From Nitrospinota bacterium (lineage in GTDB: Bacteria > UBA8248): a stretch of DNA of 44,207 bases. Below the pieces are notes generated by a model, which did no database searches, was not told where the DNA came from, and was given only the letters and a program-made list of their open reading frames with translations. Positions 18,160-26,845 of this stretch are shown here, in pieces. A program made the translations under genes and the position numbers. The stretch lies in the NCBI GenBank assembly GCA_030754595.1, contig JASLZZ010000066.1, forward strand, positions 1 to 44,207, given 5' to 3'. Position 1 is the first letter of the stretch. Each line of letters begins with the position of its first letter.

Positions 18160-19089
18160 CTATGAAGCATACTTGCCAGCGAGTTGTGGTGTGAACCTTC
18201 CGCCGAGTCCCTTTTCCGCATGCTCAAGCCGGGTATCCCGCGACCAGGTGCGCTTCAGATCATCCCTGACATGAAAACTCAGCCGGCCCAGCCCTTCGGT
18301 CTCCAGTTCGATCAGATCGCCATCCTGAAAAGAGTGAAGTCAGCGGTGATTGGTTCCGGTCGCCAGAACGTCGCCGGGCTCGAGCGGATGGATTGAACTC
18401 ACCCATTCGATGCATCGCTCGATGCCGTACGTCATGTCGTTGGTATTGAAGTCCTGCTTGAGCGCACCGTTGTTCCAGAGCCAAATCTGCAGGTGATGCG
18501 GATTGGGCATCTCATCGGCGGTCACCAGGTAGGGTCCCAAGGGGGCGAAGGTCTCGCGCGATTTCATCTGATAGAAGGTATTTACGGCGGGCGGTAGGCC
18601 GCGCGCCGAACCGTCGACGAAGTTGGTGTACCCGAACACATGCTCCATGGCCTTCTCGGCGCTGACATGATTCGCCCGCTTTCCGATGACCACGGCGACT
18701 TCGCCCTCGCCCTCGAAGATGGCCGCCGGAACGTCAGGCAAAACCTTGCTATCGCCATTTCCGATTATAGACCCGGGCGATTCGTGGAAGGCGTTGATCG
18801 GAGCCGGGTCCTCCCTCGTGCCGTCTTCCATGTAGTTAAGCGCCATGCAGTCGATATTGATCGTCCTGGGCAAAGGCGGGCGAATCCTGACACCTGAAAT
18901 CGGCGCGCCGCCATCCCCTGCCCCGGCATCCTCCAGACGCTCTCTATGGTCATCGAAGCGCTCAATCAGCCCGCTGATCAGATCGTGTGGTCCCGTATGC
19001 GGAATGTCCCGCACCTGAGATGAAACGTCGACCACATTTTCCCCGCTGAGCACCCCGAGCCGGAATTCGTCAAAATAAAATAGCTTCAT
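18160..19089 (-). pseudogene. Fumarylacetoacetate hydrolase family protein with an in-frame TGA at 18340-18342
   Basis: FEGEGEVAVVIGK, VFGYTNFVDGSAR, KSRETFAPLGP, LEPGDVLATGT. The frame continues NHR*LHSFQDGDLIELETEGLGRL...GKYAS to a TAG at 18160. Confidence 0.82.
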
Positions 19090-19261
19090 AGTCTTCCCTC
19101 AAGAATGATACCGCATCGTTCACGGTGAGCTGCTAATACTGCGAATTTCAGCCTCAACCATGGGACCTGAAAAATTGCAGGCGATCGCGTTGTGTTTTCC
19201 TTCCGGACTCAGGACCTTGACTTCGTTTCAGACATGAACGGAAAAGTTTGGAATTTCCCTT

Positions 19262-19666
19262 TTACGTGAGTTCCCGGAGTTTTCTTTTCAGATGCCGGGT
19301 AATTTCCTCGGCATCTTCCGCATCGTTATGGTCCTGGTCGAGAGAGCCATCCCCGGCCGGGCTTTTTACCGTGAACATAACCACTTCATCCAGGATAATC
19401 CCGCCGTGTTTGGTATTTCTCGGAACGTGGGCGAGATCACCGGGACCCAGGAGCCTCTCTTCCTCTCCCACAATCATGATCTGCTTTCCTTCCAAAATCA
19501 GGAGAAACTGCTCTTCGTTCGGGTGAAAGTGCGGCCTCGACAGTTTCCCGGTCGGATAGGTCACAAATCCCACCTTCATCAACTCGCCCGCCAATCCCTT
19601 GAATTTTCCCATGGGTTGCGCGGCCACGTGAGACTCTTCCATTTCCGACATTTTATAGAAAGGCAC
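19262..19666 (-). CDS. Cupin domain protein
   Basis: PHFHPNEEQFLLILEG and GDLAHVPRNTKH cupin motifs. Confidence 0.88.
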   Translation of the reverse strand: MPFYKMSEMEESHVAAQPMGKFKGLAGELMKVGFVTYPTGKLSRPHFHPNEEQFLLILEGKQIMIVGEEERLLGPGDLAHVPRNTKHGGIILDEVVMFTVKSPAGDGSLDQDHNDAEDAEEITRHLKRKLRELT

Positions 19667-19781
19667 TTTTCCCCCTCCAAGGAATATTCCGATTTCGGAT
19701 AGACATGCGAAAGAAAAGAATTGAGGCGCGACGAGTGCTCGGGAAGGACATCTCCTGGATTTGCCTCTTGCCGGAGGAGAG

Positions 19782-21086
19782 CTATATTTTCTCTTCCGAC
19801 TCCAGCGCGGCCAACGCCTGTTGCACCAACTGACAGCGCAGCTTCTTTTCTTCTTCCGGCGACAAGGTCGGATCGCCTGTGACGTTAACGATCCCGTGTC
19901 CGAGGATGACCCGGGTGGAACCTATCATCTTGGCGATTGGCATGGCCGACGTCACCTGCACCACAGGGATTCCGGCCTTCTCCAACTCCGTCGTAATCGC
20001 AGCGCCGCTGCGGGTGCTGGTGCCTCACGTCGAAGTGAGGATGACGGCGTCTACGCCTTCTTCCTTGACCTTCTCCACCATCTCTTTGCCCATTCTGCGC
20101 GTGTTGGATAGAGGATTCCCAAGTCCCGATGTCGAAATAAACTCGTTATGCAACTCGCCGATAGCCCCTTCTTTCTCAAGTTCACGCAAGGCATCCAGGG
20201 GCACTAGCCGGTGGGGGTCTTCTTTAACGAACTTCGGATCGTAGCCACCGTGCGATATCTCATAGTCCTCGCTCTTCAAATCGTCGAGACCTTCCAGGTT
20301 ATAAGTCCCCCACCTCGTAGCGGCCATCCCTTCGATATTATCCGGATTGCCCTTGGGAACGAGTCCGCCATCGGTAATCACCATGACCTTGGCGTTCGAG
20401 ATGTCCTTGACGGCAACAGGCATGAGGATTGGTTCGAAGGAAGTCGATACCATTTCCGACTCAAACGGCTCGCCCTTTACCTTGGCCAAGAGCATATCCA
20501 CCAATCGCCTGCCCGCCGTTTGCTCCACGAATTCGTCGCGAATCAGTCCCCTGATTAGGTAGCCTTCCTCGGAGGGCGAACCGATTTTTTCGTTGTTCAT
20601 CATCTTCTTGCTCAGGTCCGCCATCTTTACCATGACGCCGCGCATCTCGGCTGCCTGACGGCCAGAGTCGATGATGTACAATGATTCGCGGTACAGGTCC
20701 GTACCGGGGTTTTCCTCGCTCATTCCCGTTACCACCGGGATCCCAAGCTCCGACTGGACGGCGGCGCAAATAGCCCCGGCGGCCATTCCGTAGCGTCCCG
20801 CCTCGAAACATGGGCCAGCCACGAAAAGCTCGGCCCGGGCTTTCTTCACCTCATCCACGACGGAGGCAACCACCTCATCTTGATGCTCAACAGCATGGTT
20901 GTCGCCGCATATAAATGTGGTGACAATTTCAGCGCCCTCGCCCATCATTTGCTCAAGCAGGAGGCCCGGCCCTACCGCGCCGGCTCTCTCTTCAAGCGGA
21001 GACCCGGCGGCTTCCTCTCCGCCGACCCCGCCAAAGAACTGATTGACGTAGTGTACGATTCGCAACTTGACCCCCCCCTCCTTCAC
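19782..21086 (-). CDS. grdB: Glycine/betaine/sarcosine reductase selenoprotein B-like; Sec encoded by TGA 20025-20027
   Basis: IVHYVNQFFGG, GPCFEAGRYG, TDGGLVPKGNPD, HGGYD, DAVILTST-UGA-GTSTRSG...ELEKAGIPVV. ORFs 20025-21086 and 19782-19985 are in one frame, and the TGA is at the conserved Sec position. Confidence 0.9.
19998..20012 (-). promoter_or_regulatory. Candidate bacterial SECIS hairpin
   Basis: mRNA UGA + 12 nt + CGCAGC-GGC-GCUGCG: perfect 6-bp stem with a G-starting loop 18 nt from the UGA. Confidence 0.6.
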
Positions 21087-21106
21087 TCCCGATCGCCGAA
21101 TTCGCC

Positions 21107-22387
21107 TTAATATATTACGGCCCGCAGGCGCGTTGCGCCCTGCTGGTTGAGAATGCCCACGATACTAGCGGCTCCGATCTCCTGAGACATCGCCAGCGCC
21201 TCGGTCAGGTCCGGGTGGCCCGCGACGACGCGCTCCGCGCGTGGAACCTTCCATATGGTATCGACTCCGCCACAATATACTATCGCGTCAACATCGGGAA
21301 AATTGAACAGCAGAGCCGATTCGATCCGCCGGTCTTTCGCCATATCCGACACCATGACCGCCGTGCGTATCCCCGCGCCTTCCAGCAGATTCGCGGTAAT
21401 CGCCATATCCGAATGCGGCACGCCTCCGCCGAATTTGGTAAGAACCGCGGCATCGGGTTTCAGGCTCCATTTGGCGAGGTTGGCCGCGGCCTGGCAATTT
21501 CGGTCGCGATCTTCGTTGTCGGAGCCGGCTATCGTCGCCACGGTCCCGACGAAGCTCAACTCTCCCGCTTCATGGCGCCGGTAGAGGTCAGTGATTACCG
21601 GATGGTTTTGATAGAAGTAGGTCTCCGCGCCGCCGAGAGACAGTGTATAGGATGGCACGATAGCCCCGTCCAACCACTCGTCGGGATGGAGCAGGAGAGG
21701 CATCATGCCGTTCGTGTTGGCGCCGTAGATGACCTGTTCGTCTATCTCCGGCGATCGCTGGCGAGAGAATATTTGCCCGACATAGGCCACCCGCGGCAGC
21801 CCTTCGCGCCCCTCCACCATGGGGCCAACAGCGTCAAAGGTCGTGGTTTCGGCGGACGTCTCACCCATCGCGGCTTGAGCCAGATAGACCACCGCTTTCA
21901 TTCCCGCGCGGCGAGTCGCGTTGAGCTTGATGTGCGTAGCCAATTCCGGACGCGCGTGCGGCGCCACGATGAAATGTTGAAGCGACGAATAAGGCGACCA
22001 CTCGCCGGCGGGACCGCTCATCTCCAAAACGCGGCCGACCCGCCCCTCCGTATCCGCCACGGACCCCTCGATCAACACCGTCACCGCCGCTCCTTCAAGA
22101 ACGTGGGTCGTTCCCGTTCCGGCGGTGGCGGGCGTGTTCAGGATGCCGGGAAAGTCAGGGCTCGAGCCGGGCTCCTTCGCCCGAGGTTCGATGATGTCGA
22201 ATACGGGACCGACTCGGCAGTTCTCACCGGCGCGGACAGTCTCCAGGTCTACGCTCTGAAGACGGTCATCGGCCAGAAGCAGGGCCCTCAACTCCTCGGC
22301 ATCGACGAGAAGGGATGTCCCGTCCAAGCGCGTTTTATCGCCAAAATTAATTTCCGTGACGGGATGACGGGCAAGAGTCAATTGCAT
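21107..22387 (-). CDS. Glycine/sarcosine/betaine reductase component B proprotein (GrdE/GrdI-like)
   Basis: DIIEPRAK..FPG, GTGTTHVLEG, LLHPDEWLDGAIV, YQNHPVI..LY.RH, DAAVLTKFGGGVPHSD; 20 nt upstream of grdB. Confidence 0.82.
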   Translation of the reverse strand: MQLTLARHPVTEINFGDKTRLDGTSLLVDAEELRALLLADDRLQSVDLETVRAGENCRVGPVFDIIEPRAKEPGSSPDFPGILNTPATAGTGTTHVLEGAAVTVLIEGSVADTEGRVGRVLEMSGPAGEWSPYSSLQHFIVAPHARPELATHIKLNATRRAGMKAVVYLAQAAMGETSAETTTFDAVGPMVEGREGLPRVAYVGQIFSRQRSPEIDEQVIYGANTNGMMPLLLHPDEWLDGAIVPSYTLSLGGAETYFYQNHPVITDLYRRHEAGELSFVGTVATIAGSDNEDRDRNCQAAANLAKWSLKPDAAVLTKFGGGVPHSDMAITANLLEGAGIRTAVMVSDMAKDRRIESALLFNFPDVDAIVYCGGVDTIWKVPRAERVVAGHPDLTEALAMSQEIGAASIVGILNQQGATRLRAVIY

Positions 22388-22453
22388 GATTTCTTCCCTT
22401 TTCGCTCGTTAAATTTTTACCCGGTTCCAGGCCGGCCGCGGACCGATACAGCT

Positions 22454-23968
22454 TCAGGATGTCTGAATCGGTAAAGACATGTACGCACCCAGCGCGCGTC
22501 CGTACGCGGCGGCATAGACTCCGTATGGAGTGAAATCCTCCGTAAATGCGCCCAAGGCCCAAAGGGCCGCTTTTCGGTATTTCCGTTCCCCGGCGGAGTC
22601 CGCGAGACGCAAGAAAAGCATTGCCGCAATTCCGTTTTCCGCCAGCAGCGTGAGCGGGTATCGCAGGTGCGCCATCCCCTCGCGGCTGATGTCATGGAAG
22701 CCACCGAAAGGATTCGTCTGCGCGTCGAGTATCTCATCTCCAAGCTGTGCCGCGCGCTCCAGATACCCGGCTTCCCTGGTAGCTCCATAGGCGTCAAGCA
22801 GTGCGATCCCCGTATAAATCTGATCAACAAGAAGGCCGGGAACGTGGGGCTCGCCATCGTGATAATGGCGCATGCCGCCACCGGCAGCGCGGCAATGGTT
22901 CCAAAGAAACTCCAACGCGCCTAGCGCGCGATCCCTGCAATCGGGTCTCCCGAGAATCCGCGACGCCTCGAGATACGACGATACCGCCTGGGCATTGGCA
23001 TCCGTATAAACCAACTCATCGACAACCGAAAAAGTTTTTTGGGAATTGTACACTGGTTCCCCGTTTCTAATTATCAGAACGTGGAGATAGTCCTGGCACC
23101 CAAAGAAAGCGGATCCGGAGGGACCGGACAGCGCCCCGTCAACGTAGCCGATTACCTCCTCCGCCAATTGCCGGTACTCGGCCCGCTGGGTGAGTTGGAA
23201 GACACGCAGGCAATTGCCAAGTATTCCCGCTTGATCGGCGAGCAGCTTCTCGCGGTGAGGCTCGCTCCAATCGGCTTTGGAGGAATACCGAAAGAATCCC
23301 CCGTCTTCGTTATCGTACGTCTCGCTCGCGCGCATCGCGCTCAGCGTTCGCGCAACGTGATCGAGAAAGGCGGCATCTCCCGTCGTCTCGTAGCGGTAAA
23401 TCAAAAAATCGTTGGCCTCCGGATGAGGAAACTTGTGGTCGGGTCCGTATCCACCGTTCACCTCATCCGAAAGCGCCATCAAGGCGTTCGATATTTCGAA
23501 TACGGCGGATGCCCGAATTTTTGCTTCCGGGGCCGCGGCAGAGGCTTCCAGATTGACAGGCGGTGCGGATTCAAGAAACTCGCCCTTCTTCTCCTGGCAG
23601 GCCGCCTGAATGCGAACCAGCACGCTGCAAAAATCCTCGGCCGGCAGGTGGTTCACGGTTGCTACCCGGTCTCCTTGGGGAGTCATGAAGACGATGGTCG
23701 GCCAGCCGTTCTGGTTGTAGCGGACGTCGATGTCCGGGCGCTGCGCGTTCTCGACACGTATCGGAACGAAGTAGGCGTTCAGCAGAACGATGACCTCGTC
23801 GTCCGAGAATGAAGTCTCGTCCATGCTCTGGCAGAATCCGCACCAGAAAGCGCCCAAATAGAGCATCACCAGCTTGTCTTGGTCCCGGGCTTTTTGAAAG
23901 GCCTCCGGCCCCCACTCAAGCCAATTGATGAGGTGCGCCCTGTTCTGATTCGGGGAGAAGCGGATCAT
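22454..23968 (-). CDS. DUF255/YyaL (SSP411-like) thioredoxin-domain protein with a helical barrel
   Basis: INWLEWGPEAFQKA..DK, WCGFCQSMDETSFSD, RPDID..Y..GWPT, GGYG..HKFP, GGFFRYS...W..PHREKLLADQA. Confidence 0.88.
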   Translation of the reverse strand: MIRFSPNQNRAHLINWLEWGPEAFQKARDQDKLVMLYLGAFWCGFCQSMDETSFSDDEVIVLLNAYFVPIRVENAQRPDIDVRYNQNGWPTIVFMTPQGDRVATVNHLPAEDFCSVLVRIQAACQEKKGEFLESAPPVNLEASAAAPEAKIRASAVFEISNALMALSDEVNGGYGPDHKFPHPEANDFLIYRYETTGDAAFLDHVARTLSAMRASETYDNEDGGFFRYSSKADWSEPHREKLLADQAGILGNCLRVFQLTQRAEYRQLAEEVIGYVDGALSGPSGSAFFGCQDYLHVLIIRNGEPVYNSQKTFSVVDELVYTDANAQAVSSYLEASRILGRPDCRDRALGALEFLWNHCRAAGGGMRHYHDGEPHVPGLLVDQIYTGIALLDAYGATREAGYLERAAQLGDEILDAQTNPFGGFHDISREGMAHLRYPLTLLAENGIAAMLFLRLADSAGERKYRKAALWALGAFTEDFTPYGVYAAAYGRALGAYMSLPIQTS

Positions 23969-23975
23969 GCTATTT

Positions 23976-24204
23976 TTCGCTCCGAAAGTATTGAATTCCC
24001 CATATATTCATAGCCCCTACAATATACGATCAAAACAATTCAGGCTCATCGGTTCCCCGGGTGGCGAGCGGAACCATTTCAACCCTCTCCGAGCCGGTAT
24101 ATCTTTTTTGTGATGTGCATGACAGATCAAGCCACGGTTAAACTCGATCAATCGGCCTCGTCAAACCATTTATTTCATGGGAAATCCGATTTATGCGGAG
24201 CGCA
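23976..24204. repeat. Full, degenerate copy of the ~220-bp inverted-repeat-bounded element
   Basis: The ends ttcgctccgaaagtattgaattccccat and atgggaaatccgatttatgcggagcgca are imperfect inverted repeats. The interior shares ATGTGCATGACA, GCCAC and ACTCGATCAATCG colinearly with 39754-39972. Confidence 0.75.
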
Positions 24205-24219
24205 ATCCAAAAGTAAGGT

Positions 24220-25872
24220 TTAGCGGGATAAACCGGCGGCCCTGTCTTTTTCCAGCTTTCTTAAAGCCCCTCTTTGGATTTTTCCGGTGGGAGTTAGCGG
24301 GAGTTCTTCCATGAACTCCACCCCACGCGGATATTTATAAGGAGCCAGTTGAGATTTCACGAATTCCTGGAGCTCCCGGACCGTATCATCCAGCGGCTCT
24401 TCGTTTTCCGACAAAATCACGAACGCCTTTACGATTTCACCCCGCAGGGAATCCGGCGAACCGACCACGGCGCAGTCGCGGACCCGGGGATGCTCAAGCA
24501 AGACGGCCTCGACCTCAAGGCCGGACACGTTGTAGCCCCCGGTGTTGATCATGTCATCCGTGCGCGCCTCGAAAGAAACATACCCTTCCTCGTCGATACG
24601 GCAGAGGTCTCCCGTCATATTCCACCCATCGCGGACATAATTCCGCTGCCGATCGAGATCGTCCAAGTACCGGCAGCCCGTCGGCCCCTTCACGATCATC
24701 TGCCCCACTTCGCCGGGCGGCGAATCCTCCATCGCATCGTCCACCACGCGAACCCGGTAGCCTGGAACGGCTTTTCCGATCGTTCCGGGCCGAATGTCTT
24801 TTCCGCCCGCTGAAATGAAGATGTGCAGCAACTCGGAAATCCCCAGGCCGTTGATGATTTCCACCCCGGTTTTTTCTTTCCACCCGTTGAAAACCGCCAG
24901 GGCCAACGGCTCGCCTCCCGCGATGCAGACGCGGAGGCTGCGCAAGTCGTAATCTCCCGCGATGCCGAGCATCTGCTTATAACCGGAGGGGGTGCTGAAA
25001 CAGATCGTGGCCTTATATCTATCGATGGTTTCAAGGAGGGTCTTGGGCGTTGCCCGCTCGACCAACACCGCAGAGCCTCCGAATCTCAGCGTATCGGTGA
25101 TGAACGCGCAAAATCCGTACAAAAAAGCGATCTGAGGACTTCCGCAAACAATGTCTTCCGGCCGGATCCCAAACAAATGCCCGGGAAAGGTATCCGCCGC
25201 CGCGATTAAATCCCGGTGAAAGTGGACCGTGCCCTTCGGGGTGCCGGTGGACCCCGAGGTAAATCCTATCAAAGCGACATCGTCCGCCGATACGTCCGCA
25301 TTCCCGAAAGATTCCGCGCTGTTAGCCATCAAGGATTCCAGCCCGCCGAGGCTCCCATCGCCAAAGCATAATATTTTTTTCAGGGAATCCACCTTCTTTC
25401 CCGCGTTTTTCAAATCCCCGGCCAACCGGACGTCGCAGATGGCGTACTGAACCTTCGCCTTTTCGAGGACATAGGCGAGCTCTCGTTCCCTCAACACCGG
25501 CATCGCGGGAATCACAATCCCGCCCGCCTTTAAAACGCCCAGGCAGGCGGCAACCAGCATCGGATGGTTCGGGGAGCGGAGCAGCACCCGCATCCCCGGA
25601 ACAAAACCGAACTCGCCGGTGATCAGCGAGGCGATTTGATTGGCGTTCGCCAGTAGATCCGCATAAGTCCAGAGGGTATCGCCGAAATGAACCGCCGGGC
25701 GGCTGGCCTGCGGGCCCTTGGCCATCCCGTCGATCAGCTCCACGCCCGCGTTCATTCGCGGCGGATAAGCGGCCAACTCGGGAAGCGCCCCGTAGTCCAT
25801 CTCCGGCCAATACTTTTCGGGCGCAAGATGGTCCCGCACGAATGTATCCACATGTCCGGTCGGCTCTTTCAT
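24220..25872 (-). CDS. Aryl-CoA ligase, 2-aminobenzoate-CoA ligase-like (ANL family)
   Basis: GHVDTFVRDHLAP N-terminus, FTSGSTGTPKGTVHFHRD, NGLGISELLHIFIS, KGPTGCRYL, GWNMTGD, APYKYPR, TGKIQR. Confidence 0.85.
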   Translation of the reverse strand: MKEPTGHVDTFVRDHLAPEKYWPEMDYGALPELAAYPPRMNAGVELIDGMAKGPQASRPAVHFGDTLWTYADLLANANQIASLITGEFGFVPGMRVLLRSPNHPMLVAACLGVLKAGGIVIPAMPVLRERELAYVLEKAKVQYAICDVRLAGDLKNAGKKVDSLKKILCFGDGSLGGLESLMANSAESFGNADVSADDVALIGFTSGSTGTPKGTVHFHRDLIAAADTFPGHLFGIRPEDIVCGSPQIAFLYGFCAFITDTLRFGGSAVLVERATPKTLLETIDRYKATICFSTPSGYKQMLGIAGDYDLRSLRVCIAGGEPLALAVFNGWKEKTGVEIINGLGISELLHIFISAGGKDIRPGTIGKAVPGYRVRVVDDAMEDSPPGEVGQMIVKGPTGCRYLDDLDRQRNYVRDGWNMTGDLCRIDEEGYVSFEARTDDMINTGGYNVSGLEVEAVLLEHPRVRDCAVVGSPDSLRGEIVKAFVILSENEEPLDDTVRELQEFVKSQLAPYKYPRGVEFMEELPLTPTGKIQRGALRKLEKDRAAGLSR

Positions 25873-26828
25873 AGATTTCGCACCACCGGCAAAAGCCCTT
25901 CCGCCAGCCGCGTCATATGCTCGGCCTCCTCGCTGACCGGCGCGGCGACTTTAAAGATGAAATGCCTCACGCCCGCCCTTTGAAACGACTCGATTGTTTC
26001 GGCGCACCGATCGAGCGAACCGCACAAAAGATACTTCTCCGCGACTTCGCGCATGTCCCTCCCGTACCTCAGCGAAAGATTTTCGGCCCCGGCGTCGTAA
26101 GCCGCGTTTTCTTTCTCAGAAAGATTGACGAACATATGAAGGGCCGGCGTCCAAGGCCTGACAAGATCTTCCAGCGCTCTCCCCGCCCTTGCGGCCCACT
26201 GGCGGATTTGTTCCAGCCCCTCCTCGTAGCGCCGGGGGGAAAAAAGATAAGGAACATAACCGTCCCCCAGAATCGCCGCCCGTCTCCGTGACGCATCGCT
26301 CCGGCCGCCCACCCAGATGGGAGGACCTCCGGGCGTGGCGGGAGGAGGGCTCTGCCGTGTATCGGCGAAGCGAAAATATTTTCCCCGGTGACTCACCACC
26401 TCGCCCGACCAAAGTTTGCGTAAAATCTCGATGGCCTCATCCGTGCGGGCGCCGCGCTCGTTTTTCGGGACGCCGCATAACTCAAACTCCTTAACTTCTT
26501 CCCCCCCAACGCCGATGCCGAAGATGAAACGCCCGCCCCCGGATAAATAATCCACCGTGGCGGCCGCTTTCGCGGCAATGGCGGGGCGCCTCAAAGGCAG
26601 AAGGTATACCAGGCTGCCGAGAGTGATTCGTTCGGTCCGGGCACCGCAGGCGGCAAGCGCGCCGAGACTCTCGAGATAGTTGCCCCGGAAGGCGATGTGA
26701 TCGTCGATCCAGAGGGAATCGAAACCCGCCCGCTCCACATCTTCGACAAACGACAAAAATTCGCCCGCCGAAGGAATTTCACCCGGCTGCAATCCATGGC
26801 TGTATCCGAATTTAAGTGCGTTTTTCAT
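25869..26828 (-). CDS. LLM-class (luciferase-like) flavin/F420-dependent oxidoreductase
   Basis: GFDSLWIDDH, T.RITLG, LRRPAIAAK..ATVDYLSGG, PPIWVGG; stop overlaps the ligase start. Confidence 0.9.
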   Translation of the reverse strand: MKNALKFGYSHGLQPGEIPSAGEFLSFVEDVERAGFDSLWIDDHIAFRGNYLESLGALAACGARTERITLGSLVYLLPLRRPAIAAKAAATVDYLSGGGRFIFGIGVGGEEVKEFELCGVPKNERGARTDEAIEILRKLWSGEVVSHRGKYFRFADTRQSPPPATPGGPPIWVGGRSDASRRRAAILGDGYVPYLFSPRRYEEGLEQIRQWAARAGRALEDLVRPWTPALHMFVNLSEKENAAYDAGAENLSLRYGRDMREVAEKYLLCGSLDRCAETIESFQRAGVRHFIFKVAAPVSEEAEHMTRLAEGLLPVVRNL

Positions 26829-26845
26829 GTCGACGCCAAAAGAAC

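Noticed and set aside
18340..18342. TGA in the FAH gene as a second selenocysteine; a weak hairpin (TCAGGAT-GGCG-ATCTGA) follows it
   Set aside because: The position corresponds, from recall of homologues, to Gly in TNHRGL rather than a catalytic Cys, so a GGA-to-TGA nonsense change is simpler. An alignment showing Cys here would reopen it.
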